Shown here: piece after piece, positions 18,966-28,855 of the stretch
How the letters are laid out: every line of letters starts with the position of its first letter
Position numbering within the stretch: the stretch's first letter is position 1
From: a bacterium
Lineage (GTDB): Bacteria; UBA8248
Length of the DNA: 64,000 nucleotides
Direction of reading: 5' to 3'
Assembly: GCA_965200245.1 (NCBI GenBank)
Contig: CBDATS010000004.1
Location: forward strand, 544,001 to 608,000
Made by a program: the position numbers and the translations under genes
The notes under the pieces: model-generated
What the model was told of the DNA's origin: nothing
The model's input: only the letters and a program-made list of their open reading frames with translations
Database searches by the model: none

Positions 18966-19430
18966 ATGCGAAACCCCTGCAAATCGTTCATGATTCTCCT
19001 GGCGGCTTCCCTGCTTGTCCTCCTGTCCTCTCCCGTCAACGCTGCTGAACCGACCGTTATCACACTCACCCAGACGGGATGTCAGTTCACAGAGCCCGAG
19101 GGAAAGGACCACGGGTTCCAGACCAGGGGAGCGGCCGATTGCAAGACAATCAACGCCAAAAGCGGGGAAAAACGCCTCGCACAGGCCAGGACCATTACGC
19201 TCAAGCCGGGCAGATACATTTTTCGGGTGACGAACAAGAACGTGCCCTATGCGCTTGGCTTCTATCTCCGAGGTGCAGGCATCAGACGCCTTACGTTGCC
19301 GAAAGTTTCGGGTGGCGGTCTCGTGAAGGGGAAATCGAGGGATTACCACATCTCCCTGAAAGAGGGAGACTATCACTACTCGTGCCCCCTGAACCCGACA
19401 CCCGACTACAAGCTGAAGGTGACGAACTAG
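18966..19430 (+). CDS. Secreted cupredoxin-fold protein
   Basis: Signal peptide; LKPGRYIFRVTNKNVPYALGF, GDYHYSCPLNPTPDY. Confidence 0.7.
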   Translation: MRNPCKSFMILLAASLLVLLSSPVNAAEPTVITLTQTGCQFTEPEGKDHGFQTRGAADCKTINAKSGEKRLAQARTITLKPGRYIFRVTNKNVPYALGFYLRGAGIRRLTLPKVSGGGLVKGKSRDYHISLKEGDYHYSCPLNPTPDYKLKVTN

Positions 19431-19682
19431 GTTTACACACAAGCGCGTGAACATGACTTTCGCGTTTACCCAGGATGCAAGGGGGTTTTGCGTGTGCACC
19501 TCCTCATGCGACGGCTAACTTTCTCATCCCGATATCCCGGGTAAATTTCAATACGGGAACTCTTGGGGCATCCGGATACCTTGAATTCTCCGTCTCTACC
19601 CACGAAGAAGCCGACTCCGAAAAACCCGGTTTCGCTGGCACATCACGCTCGCCTTATTCTATAATCACGCATTCGCAAGAAT

Positions 19683-20639
19683 ATGGCCGCGAACGATATA
19701 TCCATCTATGGAAAACCTGATGGAGAGATGTTCTTGAACCTTCCATATCTCCCCATTGTCTGTGTTCTGGGATTCGGCATGGCGGGCAGGCCCATCGCCC
19801 GGGGACTGGCGGAGGCTGGCGTGGCCGAGGTACGCGTATGGAAAAGGCCGCCCTGGCGGGCGGAGCATCTCGACGCCTCCGATCATCCGACCATCCAGAT
19901 GACGGAGTCCATACAAGAAGCTCTTGAGGGAGTTGACCTTGTTTTCTCGCTCGTCACGCCGGAAAGTGCGCTGGATACAGCGCGCGGCGCCTCCGCTTAT
20001 ATCCGGGATGCCGTGTACCTGGATTTGAACACCACGACGCCCGAAGCGAAAAAAGAGATTGGCCGTGTCATTGAGGAGGGCGGAGGTATGCCGGTCGACG
20101 GGGCGATCTGCGACCCTGCGGAGGTCTATGGTCACAAGGTCGTCACGTTGATCTCGGGAGCCGAAGCCAAACCCCTGAGCGAGGCCATGGCGCGCTACGG
20201 GATGCAGCTTGAGGTGCTCGGCGAACACGTGGGGGACGCCTCCGCACTCAAGGTCGTGCGCAGCGTGTTTACCAAAGGCTTGATGATGACTTTTCTGGAA
20301 TCTATCGAGGCGGCGAGGCGCTGTGGCCTCGTGGAGGAGTTGCTCGAATCCATCGCTGGCACCGTGGAGGGGCTTCCCCTGCGGGATCTCGCCCTGAGCC
20401 TGGCGGGCACGAGCCTGATCGTCGCCGAAAGACGCGCGCAGGAGATGGAAGATGTCGTCTCGACACTCGAGTCCCTGGGGGTGGAATCGCACATCAGCAC
20501 CGCCTCGCTCGAAAAATTCCGCTGGATCGGGGGTTTCGATTTCCACGAAGCACTTGAGGGGGTGCCACCCGAGTCGATAGAAGCCATGCTTCGTGCGCTC
20601 GGAAAAATCTTCGACACCTCGCCGAGACAAACAGATTGA
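19683..20639 (+). CDS. NAD(P)-dependent oxidoreductase (6PGD/HIBADH-like with DUF1932)
   Basis: VLGFGMAG Rossmann motif; YLDLNT; GDASALKVVRSVFTKG; AERRAQEM; true start uncertain. Confidence 0.8.
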   Translation: MAANDISIYGKPDGEMFLNLPYLPIVCVLGFGMAGRPIARGLAEAGVAEVRVWKRPPWRAEHLDASDHPTIQMTESIQEALEGVDLVFSLVTPESALDTARGASAYIRDAVYLDLNTTTPEAKKEIGRVIEEGGGMPVDGAICDPAEVYGHKVVTLISGAEAKPLSEAMARYGMQLEVLGEHVGDASALKVVRSVFTKGLMMTFLESIEAARRCGLVEELLESIAGTVEGLPLRDLALSLAGTSLIVAERRAQEMEDVVSTLESLGVESHISTASLEKFRWIGGFDFHEALEGVPPESIEAMLRALGKIFDTSPRQTD

Positions 20640-20837
20640 GAATCCCCTCGCCCGTACAGGAAAGAATCTCGATTTTGTGCGTTTCTACCCTTGATTTTCT
20701 GAAGCGCCATTTGATAGCATCGTCCTGCGCTTGGGCTATCCAGGTGAGTTCGAGTTCAACAAACGTGAATCGCCAGGGGATAGTTCCCTCGGGGTTCCAA
20801 TCGTAAAAATTTCATCATCTGTAGGAGGAAATCATCC

Positions 20838-21149
20838 ATGACATTTGTCATCGGGGAAAAATGCCTGGGCGAGCGATATGCGACGTGTGTGAGTGTCTGT
20901 CCCGTGGATTGCATGCACCCAGGCGACTACAAGGGGGAACCCTTCCTGATTATCGACCCCGAGGAGTGCATCGACTGCGGCGTCTGCCAGCCGGAATGCC
21001 CGATTGACGCCATTCTGGAGAGCGAAGACGACGATCCCGTATGGGCGGAAATCAACGCGGAACTCGCCGAGGAATTCAAGAATAACGAGCCGGTGGAACC
21101 GCGTCCGGCGAACGATCCACCGCACAAGCCGGGCAATGTCCTTCGTTAA
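20838..21149 (+). CDS. fdxA: Bacterial-type dicluster ferredoxin (probably 7Fe)
   Basis: C..ERYATCVSVCPVDC and CIDCGVCQPECP motifs; AGGAGG RBS. Confidence 0.9.
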   Translation: MTFVIGEKCLGERYATCVSVCPVDCMHPGDYKGEPFLIIDPEECIDCGVCQPECPIDAILESEDDDPVWAEINAELAEEFKNNEPVEPRPANDPPHKPGNVLR

Positions 21150-21168
21150 CTCCACTCCGCTGTTTCAC

Positions 21169-21201
21169 ACACCGCGGTCTCCCGGATCGCGGTGTTTTTT
21201 T
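21169..21201 (+). terminator. Rho-independent terminator after the ferredoxin gene
   Basis: acaccgcggtc-tcccg-gatcgcggtgt stem followed by a T run. Confidence 0.85.
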
Positions 21202-21322
21202 GTTTGCGCCCACGCACTTTTACAATCCCATGTCCCGCCCCTATAATGCCGCCATCATTATGATTCATTTCTTTGGAACACAGTTGCAAGCGGACTCATA
21301 ACGCCTGTTTTCAGGGAATTTC

Positions 21323-21994
21323 ATGGCGTCGAAACTATCTATTCGGGGTCTCCAGAAAATGTTTTCGGTGAACGAGGGATTCGGCAGCGTTCGCGAAATC
21401 CGCGCCATCGACAACATTGACATCGAAGTGCAGGACAACGAATTCGTCTGCATCATCGGCCCGAGCGGATGCGGGAAATCCACCATGCCGATGATTCTGG
21501 CTGGTCTCTATCCCAAATCGACCGGCGAGATCATGCTTGATGGGCAACCCCTCTCCGGGCCGGGCTTGAACCGGGGTGTCGTGTTTCAGGATTTCGCCCT
21601 GTTCCTTTGGCAGGACGTACGCACCAACATCCTCTGCGGAGTGAGGCAGAAGGGAATCCCCAAAAGTGAGTGCGAGAAAATTGCGGGTCACTACATCCAT
21701 CTCATGTCCCTCCAGGGGTTCGATAAAACCTTCCCCAACCGCCTCTCGGGTGGCATGCACCAACGCGTGGTCATCGTCCGCGCCTGGCGGGTGTTGCTGG
21801 CGGGCGAACTGCGCGCCTCGCCGGAACTGGGCTTGGGCGTCCGCATATTCGACGCTCAGGAAACGCTGAACAGCGCCGTGATCCATGGCGGCATTATCAT
21901 TATCGGTTTTCTGGGCTTCACGGTGGAGCGCCTCGTCCTGCGCTCACTCGAAGTCGCCATTGTCCAGAAATGGGGAATGCTGAGGGAACTATGA
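21323..21994 (+). pseudogene. In-frame chimera of a NitT/TauT ABC ATPase N-terminus and a permease C-terminus
   Basis: Walker A GPSGCGKST and LSGGMHQR present, Walker B absent; after ~21780 reads RAWRVLLAGEL..ELGLG..I..A...GGIIIIGFLG as in SsuC/TauC ends. Confidence 0.75.
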
Positions 21995-22971
21995 TTCTGA
22001 GTCCACCCGCAAAAGACGGACCGCTCATTGCTGTCGCCGGAACCCGTTTCGGTCCTCCCACGATCGAGGAAGAGGTACTCTCGCCTCTGGGTCCTCGACT
22101 AGGTCTGGGCATGGGAGCGGACACCGAATCACTCGTCGAACTCTGCTCGGAGGTGGAGGGCGTAATCATCGGCGCCGCTCCCAAATTCACGGCGGAAGTT
22201 ATCGCCCAGCTCGAACGCTGCAAGATTATCGCGCGCGGCGGTGTTGGCGTGGACAACATCGACCTCGAAGCCGCAAGAGCGAATGGCATCCAGGTCACTT
22301 ATGTGCCCGATTACTGCGTCGATGAGGTATCGGACCACGCCATGGCGTTCATCCTCTACTTCGCCAGAAAAATCGAGGCGGGAATCGCGGAAGTTGAAAA
22401 AGGCGGCTGGGGAATTGCCCCCCTAAGACCAATCGCACCGCTTCGGGGCGCGACGCTGGGCGTGGTGGGAATCGGTAGAATCGGCGCAGCCCTGGCGGAT
22501 AAAGCACGCGCCTTCGGTATGCGGATCATCGCGAACGACCCATTCGCGCCCGAATCCGTTTTCGAGAATCTGGGAGCCGAGAAAGTCGTGCTCACACGAA
22601 TCTGGGATGAATCCGACTACATATCCCTTCACGTGCCCCTGATGCACGAGACGAGAGGTATCGTGAACGTCGAGGCGTTGGAGCGCATGAAGTCGGACGC
22701 CGTTTTGATCAACGTGGCGCGCGGCGAACTCGTGGATGAAGGGGCGCTCGCCGCCGCCCTCAGGAAAAACGACATCCGGGGCGCGGGTCTTGACGTGCTC
22801 AAACAGGAACCTCCGCCGCCGGATCATCCCCTGCTCGGACTGCCCAACTGTCGCGTCACGCCGCACAGCGCCTGGTACAGTACGGCCGCTCTCGAAGATA
22901 TGAGGCGAAAGGCGGCTATGGACGTGTTGCGTGTCCTGCGGGGGGAGGATCCGCTCTACCCCGCTCAATAG
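21991..22971 (+). CDS. D-isomer-specific 2-hydroxyacid dehydrogenase (CtBP/SerA-like)
   Basis: GVGVDNID, VPDYCVDEVSDH, GIGRIG, INVARG, TPHSAWYS. Confidence 0.9.
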   Translation: MILSPPAKDGPLIAVAGTRFGPPTIEEEVLSPLGPRLGLGMGADTESLVELCSEVEGVIIGAAPKFTAEVIAQLERCKIIARGGVGVDNIDLEAARANGIQVTYVPDYCVDEVSDHAMAFILYFARKIEAGIAEVEKGGWGIAPLRPIAPLRGATLGVVGIGRIGAALADKARAFGMRIIANDPFAPESVFENLGAEKVVLTRIWDESDYISLHVPLMHETRGIVNVEALERMKSDAVLINVARGELVDEGALAAALRKNDIRGAGLDVLKQEPPPPDHPLLGLPNCRVTPHSAWYSTAALEDMRRKAAMDVLRVLRGEDPLYPAQ

Positions 22972-22997
22972 CACAACCTGCCAGTATGGTGAACGCG

Positions 22998-23846
22998 TTA
23001 CTTCTCGATTGGAAAACCGACGATGCTCCCCCACTCGGTCCATGAGCCATCGTAAATTTTCAGGTTTTCATAGCCCAGCAGGTACCGCATGGCGAACCAG
23101 ACCAGACTGGCCCGGTGGCTTAGCCGTCAGTAGAGGACGAGTTCTATCTCGTCATCGGGCGCGACGCCCACGCCGTCGAGGATTCGGGCCAGTTCTTCCC
23201 TGTCCTTGAACGTGTCGTCTTCGTTCAACAATTCCCGGAAGAAAAGATGAGCCGCCCCGGGTATGCGTCCCGCGCGTTCGGCCCCGTGGTCGAAACCGGG
23301 GGGCGGCATCACTCGCTCGCCCCTGTATTCCTCGGGCGAGCGAACGTCGATCAGCACCCTGCCCGGCTTCCCGAGCCCGTCGCGAATTTCGTCCCTGCCC
23401 ATGCTGAGGATATCTCCCCCATCCGGAGCGGGGTGAACGACGGCGTCGGCATTCGGCGTCTCACTCGAGACGGACACTCCGTCAACCATCCACTTTTTCT
23501 TCGAACCATCGAGTAGTTTCAGGTTCGAAAAACCCGCTATCTTGAGCACCCAGAAGGCATAGGTCCCAAACTGCACCGGCTCGCCGTACAGGACGATTTC
23601 ATCATCCGGTCCGATTCCCATTTTGCCCAGACGCCCGGCCAGCGCTTCGGACGTTGCGAACATGCGGTCCGTCTCGTGCCAGAGCGCTCCTTTCCAGAAC
23701 CACCAGTGCGCACCTGGAATGTGGGCCTCACGATAGGAGGCGTCGTCGCTGGCGGATGATACCTCGATAACGTGGAGATCTGGATTTCCGAGGTTTTCAG
23801 CGAGCCACGCCGATGAAACGAGCGCGGAGTTTTCGGCTTGCGTCAT
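22998..23846 (-). CDS. Tandem-rhodanese sulfurtransferase (SseA/CysA type), probable selenoprotein with Sec at the catalytic position
   Basis: Frame continues past TGA 23127-23129: LVLY-U-RLSHRASLVWFAMRYLLGYENLKIYDGSWTEWGSIVGFPIEK*; TGA sits at the catalytic Cys of the YCR loop; 282 aa in total. Confidence 0.85.
23096..23116 (-). promoter_or_regulatory. Putative bacterial SECIS hairpin
   Basis: mRNA UGA-CGGCUAAGCC-ACCGGGCCA-GUC-UGGUCUGGU: 9-bp stem (two G-U pairs), apical G about 20 nt after UGA. Confidence 0.7.
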
Positions 23847-23912
23847 GTCTCATACCCTCATAGTCAGAAAACGAACCTGCAAATCGCGTCAGTGAAATCG
23901 TTTCGGGAAACA

Positions 23913-25337
23913 TCACCCACCGAACATCGGGGGCTTCCTGTTCTGGATATCCTGCGTGGCCTGTTCGAACGCATGGGACGCCTGCAGCACGCGGGCTTCC
24001 TCCCAAGGCGGTCCCACGATCTGCACCGACACGGGCAGGCTATCCGCGCTGAAACCCGAAGGCGCCGACATGACGGGGAAACCGAACAGGTTGTAGGGGC
24101 CGGACTGGGGCCTGCCGAGTCCCGTATAGGGAATTTCCACTCCATTCACGACGCCCATCGTCGTCGCAATCGGCGCGGCAGGACAAGGATAGCCCGGTGC
24201 CAGGAGAAGGTCGATCTCGTCGAACACCTTCTCCATCTCCCGCGTTAATGTGCGCCGGTCTCTCATCGCGTGCGCATACTCGTCCAGCGTCACGCGGCTC
24301 GATACCTCCAGGCGCTCGCGGACATCGTCGCCGAACTTTTCGGGATGAGATGCGAGCCGATCGCGGTGAACCACTGCCAGTTCGGCCGCCGCAATGATGC
24401 GCCGTACCTCTCTCATCCTTTCCGTGTGGGGGTAGCGCACATGTACGATAACACCTCCCAAAGACTTTATGGTCTCTATCACGAACTCGAAACCCCTTTG
24501 CACCGATTCGTCGTTCTCATCGAGGTATAAATCCTCACAAACCCCGAACCGCATTCCATCGATGCTTTTCCCTATCTGGGCGCAGAAATCGGGAGCTTCC
24601 CGATTCTCGGAACCGGGATCCGCCATGTCGTAGCCCGCCATGGCCTGGAGTATCAAGCCGCAATCGCGCGCTGTCCTCGCAAGCGGGCCGGCATGATCGA
24701 GACTTGGAGCGTTCGGGAAAACGCCACGAAGGCTCACGCGCCCATAAGTGGGTTTCAGACCCATGACCCCGCATGCGCTCGCGGGTCCCCGCACGGAGCC
24801 ACCCGTGTCGGTTCCTACGGTGCCGGGACACATGAACGCCGCCACCGCCGCACCCGAACCGCCGCTTGAGCCACCCGATACCCGCTCGGTGTCCCAAGGA
24901 TTGCGGCATGGACCGTAGTGGAGGTTCACCGTGGTGGAACCCGCCGCGAACTCATGCGTGTTGCATTTCCCGATGATGACGGCGCCCGCCTCCTTGAGCT
25001 TTCTCACGCACTCCGCATCTGCCTCCGGGACGTTATCCGGGAAAAAGCTCGACCCCTGCGTCGTAAGCACGTCCGCGGTATCGATGATGTCCTTGATGCC
25101 GACGGGCACTCCGTGAAGAGGACTGCGGTAGTGGCCACCCTGAATCTCGTTCTCCGCCTTTGCCGCGTCCCTGCGAGCCTCGTCCGCGCATACGGTGATA
25201 AAGGCGTTGAGTTCGGGGTTGTGCGCCTCGATGTGGCGCAAATGCGCGTCCACGACCTCGCGCGGGGAAACCTCCCTGCTTTCGATATGCCCGGCGAGTT
25301 CGTGAAGTGAGAGAAAAATCAGTCCATTGACGCTCAT
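23913..25337 (-). CDS. Amidase signature family enzyme (GatA-like)
   Basis: PLHGVPVGIKD, GGSSGGSGAAVA, GTDTGGSVRGPA; GGAGG RBS before ATG 25337. Confidence 0.9.
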   Translation of the reverse strand: MSVNGLIFLSLHELAGHIESREVSPREVVDAHLRHIEAHNPELNAFITVCADEARRDAAKAENEIQGGHYRSPLHGVPVGIKDIIDTADVLTTQGSSFFPDNVPEADAECVRKLKEAGAVIIGKCNTHEFAAGSTTVNLHYGPCRNPWDTERVSGGSSGGSGAAVAAFMCPGTVGTDTGGSVRGPASACGVMGLKPTYGRVSLRGVFPNAPSLDHAGPLARTARDCGLILQAMAGYDMADPGSENREAPDFCAQIGKSIDGMRFGVCEDLYLDENDESVQRGFEFVIETIKSLGGVIVHVRYPHTERMREVRRIIAAAELAVVHRDRLASHPEKFGDDVRERLEVSSRVTLDEYAHAMRDRRTLTREMEKVFDEIDLLLAPGYPCPAAPIATTMGVVNGVEIPYTGLGRPQSGPYNLFGFPVMSAPSGFSADSLPVSVQIVGPPWEEARVLQASHAFEQATQDIQNRKPPMFGG

Positions 25338-25608
25338 TTTCACCTCCATTCCACATGTGTGATTTTCATTCTGCTTCCACCTGTTTGATGAAATACTACC
25401 ATACCACGATGCGCCTGTTTTCACCTTACGCGATGTGAGTATATTCGCGCATCGTCACTGCTCCCGGTTGGACATTCGGCCCTCTTTCCGTAAGACGAAT
25501 CCCGCGAAAGAAACACATACGCGATTGATATTTCCACGCCGCTCATGTGGAATGTTCTCTGCGTGCCACGGAAGCCCCGGAACGGCAACGAAACAGTGGA
25601 GACCCCGG

Positions 25609-26760
25609 ATGAATCACGACACCTTCGACGCTCTGGTTATCGGCAGCGGCATCAATGGACTTTGCGCGCTTTATCATCTGAATCGCCTGGGGGCCGGGCG
25701 CGTCGGTCTGGTGGAGCGATTTTATGTCGGGCATGACAGGGGCAGTTCGCACGGTGCCGCCCGTGTCACGCGAAGTGCCTATATAGCACCCGAATACGTG
25801 CGCCTGATGCAGTGGGTGCACGCCGAAGAATGGCCCAGACTTGAAAGGGACTTGCGCAAAAAACTCGTCTATCCCAACCCCGGCATTTTTACCGGCCCGC
25901 CCAGTGATCGTTTCGAACGCTACATCAACGCAGTTTCCCAGGAAGGTGTGGACGTCGATCTCCTCTCGGCGGGTGAAGCGCGGAAGCGATTTCCCCAGTT
26001 CACGTTTGAAAACGCCGAGAACGCACTGATGGACAGGACGGGAGGCTACATCTCCTCCAGGGAGGCTATCGACTCACTCGCCGCGTTTGCGCGTGAGAAC
26101 AACCTGAGTATCCATGAGAACACAATTGTCTACGAAATCGACACCACGACCGACCCTGTGCGTCTTGAAACGAGCGGGGGGCCTCTCGAAGCAGAACGCC
26201 TGGTCGTCACGGCGGGGGCGTGGGCGCGGGATTTGCTGCCCTTTCTCAACCCGAAGCTCAACGTCGCCCGCCAGACGGTGGGATACTTCACGCCCGAGGA
26301 TGATCCGGACGCCTACCGACCCGGCCGTTTTCCCGTATGGGTGTACATGGAACAGGACGAGAACCAGCTTTTCTACGGAATGCCGGAATTCGGCCGCATC
26401 GGCATCAAGGTGGGCCACCACATTCGGGTCGGGGTGGATGACGATCCGGACGATCCGCCTGATTCCATCGAGCAGGAGAAGATAGACGATCTGGAGTGTT
26501 TCCTGCCGACTTTCTTCTCCTGCAGGAACTGGAAGCTCGCGAGTGCGGAACAATGCCTCTACACCAACGCGCCGAACGAGGATTTCATCATCGACCTACA
26601 TCCCGAGAACCCGCGCATCGCCTTCGGAGCCGGTTTCTCGGGCCACGGATTCAAGTTCGGTCCTCTCACGGGGAGGATCCTGGCAGAACTCGCCTGGGAG
26701 GGAAAAACGTCCATACCCGATGCCGACATGGCGAGACAACTATTCTCACTCAAAAAATAG
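25609..26760 (+). CDS. Monomeric sarcosine oxidase / N-methyltryptophan oxidase family FAD enzyme
   Basis: VIGSGING, HDRGSSHGAARVTR, CLYTNAPNEDFIID, GFSGHGFKFGP. Confidence 0.9.
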   Translation: MNHDTFDALVIGSGINGLCALYHLNRLGAGRVGLVERFYVGHDRGSSHGAARVTRSAYIAPEYVRLMQWVHAEEWPRLERDLRKKLVYPNPGIFTGPPSDRFERYINAVSQEGVDVDLLSAGEARKRFPQFTFENAENALMDRTGGYISSREAIDSLAAFARENNLSIHENTIVYEIDTTTDPVRLETSGGPLEAERLVVTAGAWARDLLPFLNPKLNVARQTVGYFTPEDDPDAYRPGRFPVWVYMEQDENQLFYGMPEFGRIGIKVGHHIRVGVDDDPDDPPDSIEQEKIDDLECFLPTFFSCRNWKLASAEQCLYTNAPNEDFIIDLHPENPRIAFGAGFSGHGFKFGPLTGRILAELAWEGKTSIPDADMARQLFSLKK

Positions 26761-26771
26761 GGAGTATTTCG

Positions 26772-26800
26772 GGAATTACATACTTGAATCCGCAAGTCTG
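26772..26800 (+). repeat. 29-bp perfect inverted repeat, left copy
   Basis: GGAATTACATACTTGAATCCGCAAGTCTG is the exact reverse complement of 27699-27727. Confidence 0.95.
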
Positions 26801-27197
26801 AATATCCTGATTTTGCGTTTTCCGGGTGTATCTTTTCAGGTCACAGGCGGAATTGCTGTCAGAACCGGTGCATGCGCCGCCTTCTTCCATTCAGCCGATA
26901 CACCGGAACTGACAGTAATTCGAAAGTGGGCACTTTCGTATATGATTTCCCTTGTTGATACCAACCGTGATCGTCAAGGGACGCAGCCGTGATACGGACT
27001 GGTTTTACCTCACCCGGGAGGAATGATCTGCTGTCCGCCAGGCACACGACCGCTGGCTCGCGCCGGACAGTTTCGACGCCACGGGCCGCCAGAAATGCCC
27101 GCCAGGCACCCTCACCCGCGCGCTTTGGTGAAAAGGCCTGTTCCCTCCGGACGATCAGCTGTCGTTCGGGGAAGAAAATCGTGACACCCCAATCTCC

Positions 27198-27461
27198 CTA
27201 ATTATGAGCCATAATAGGGATTATCATACAATCCGCCTTGAACAGACGCTGTTCCGTGGTGAGCCGGGGCGAAGACGGAAGGACGAGATAGCAGTTCTCG
27301 GCGTCGTCCTCCATCACATGCAGGTTGAAAGTCTCCGGCACCGAGATTCCGAACTCCTCGGATACCACGGCCCTCGGCTCGGAGATCAGACGGGTACGGA
27401 ACTCTTCACTGTCGCCTGCCTTCTCGATCAGGTGCTCGCGCATCTCGGAAATAGATTTCAT
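27198..27461 (-). pseudogene. NHLP-family RiPP precursor, frameshifted just before the GG cleavage site
   Basis: AAGGAG RBS; MKSISEMREHLIEKAGDSEEFRTRLISEPRAVV...LHVMEDDAENCYLVLPSSPRLTTEQ; alternative frame gives ASVQGG-LYDNPYYGS* (stop 27202-27204). Confidence 0.8.
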
Positions 27462-27698
27462 TCCGGTCTCCTTATCCTGAAAAAATGAGTATGGTTTGGT
27501 ACCCTGATACTTTCGTTTTTTTGCATCGTCATCATGAACAGGGTATGGGATGTTCCGATGGGAAAGCAGGAAATTTTTCGATGGTTTTCCCGTTTTTCTG
27601 TTGGGGAACAGGCTTTCTCCCGGAAGCCCGTCCGTATGCCCCCTGTTCTCCCGGGAAACCGGCGGCCGAAGGCTCCGTTTTTCCAAAATTCAGGGAGC

Positions 27699-27727
27699 CA
27701 GACTTGCGGATTCAAGTATGTAATTCC
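27699..27727 (-). repeat. 29-bp perfect inverted repeat, right copy
   Basis: CAGACTTGCGGATTCAAGTATGTAATTCC. Confidence 0.95.
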
Positions 27728-28030
27728 AAATATTTCACCTGACTGAGAATTCCCGTCTCTCACGCAGCATCGAGCATAGATGCCCTCAAAGTGAACCTGG
27801 AAAGCGAGCAACGCCGCGCGGTCTTCCTGCGTCATCCTGACAACGCGCTTTTCGCTGCGGCTGAACCCGATTCGGTTCGAAGGTCCAGACAGTCCCGACA
27901 GTCTCAAGACAGTATTTCTATAGCGATCTGAAGATACCGGCCCTGCCCCACCTCCCTGTCCTTCGCCTGATTCCTCCTGTGATTCGGCGAAGGATACGGG
28001 TAGCGGGACAGCAACGTTTCATGGAAACCT

Positions 28031-28855
28031 TCAAGCTGTCCCATCCGCTATAAGCGTCCTTAACTTCTCTGCCGCCAGCCGCGCCGCAGTCTGGATGTCG
28101 GGTTTTGAGACAATCTGGCACGTCAGGTAGTTCGTATACCCGATCGAACGCAGCGCCCCGATGACCTCGCCGAAGGGAATGTGCCCGCCACCCGGATAAA
28201 AGCGGTTGTTCTCGGCGATGTGCATGTGCCCCAGAAGCTCTTTCGATTCCAGGACGGGAACCGTGAACGACGCCTCATCCACGTTCATGTGGTAGGTATC
28301 GAGCATAAGGACAAGGGCATCGTGTCCGAGTTCATGGCAAAGGGCCGCACCCTCGGCAGCCGTATTCACGTTGTTGATCCAGTGGCTGCACAAGGGTTCC
28401 AGATAGAGTTTCGCTTCCCTTGCAGCGGCTTCATCCGCAAGGCCGAGCAACGCATCCCGCATCCATTGGACCGACGCATAACGTCGGTCGTCCTCACAGA
28501 GATTCCCGCGCGAGGATCCGATCACCAGGCCGCACCCGAACCTTTGCGCCATACCGAGAGCGTCAACGTGACGGCGGCAGGAGACCTCCCTAATCTCGGG
28601 TACGGGGTGGCACAGCCATATCCTGTCCTGAAAACCCATCGACGCCGTGTGTATCATCGAAACTGAAAGGTCCCGGCGCGAGAGTTCCTTTCCGATTTTA
28701 TCCAAGTCGAGTTCGTCGGGTTTTCGCACCGAAAGCTCCACGGCCTCGAAACCCGCCTCAGCCACGCAGTCGAGGTTTTCCTCCAGCGTTCCCTGCGCGC
28801 TGGGAAGATTGGGAGTGGAAATATCGGGCGTGGCAATCTGATAGCTCAGCTTCAC
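28031..28855 (-). CDS. Sugar phosphate isomerase/epimerase, TIM-barrel (IolO/psicose epimerase-like)
   Basis: AGFEAVEL, LYLEPL, MLDTYHMN, HMHIAENNRFYPGGGH. Confidence 0.85.
   Translation of the reverse strand: MKLSYQIATPDISTPNLPSAQGTLEENLDCVAEAGFEAVELSVRKPDELDLDKIGKELSRRDLSVSMIHTASMGFQDRIWLCHPVPEIREVSCRRHVDALGMAQRFGCGLVIGSSRGNLCEDDRRYASVQWMRDALLGLADEAAAREAKLYLEPLCSHWINNVNTAAEGAALCHELGHDALVLMLDTYHMNVDEASFTVPVLESKELLGHMHIAENNRFYPGGGHIPFGEVIGALRSIGYTNYLTCQIVSKPDIQTAARLAAEKLRTLIADGTA

Noticed and set aside
18966-18985. MRNPCK at the start of the cupredoxin-like protein, echoing the NPC repeats
   Set aside because: Single occurrence inside a cleavable signal peptide and 12 kb from the operon; probably chance
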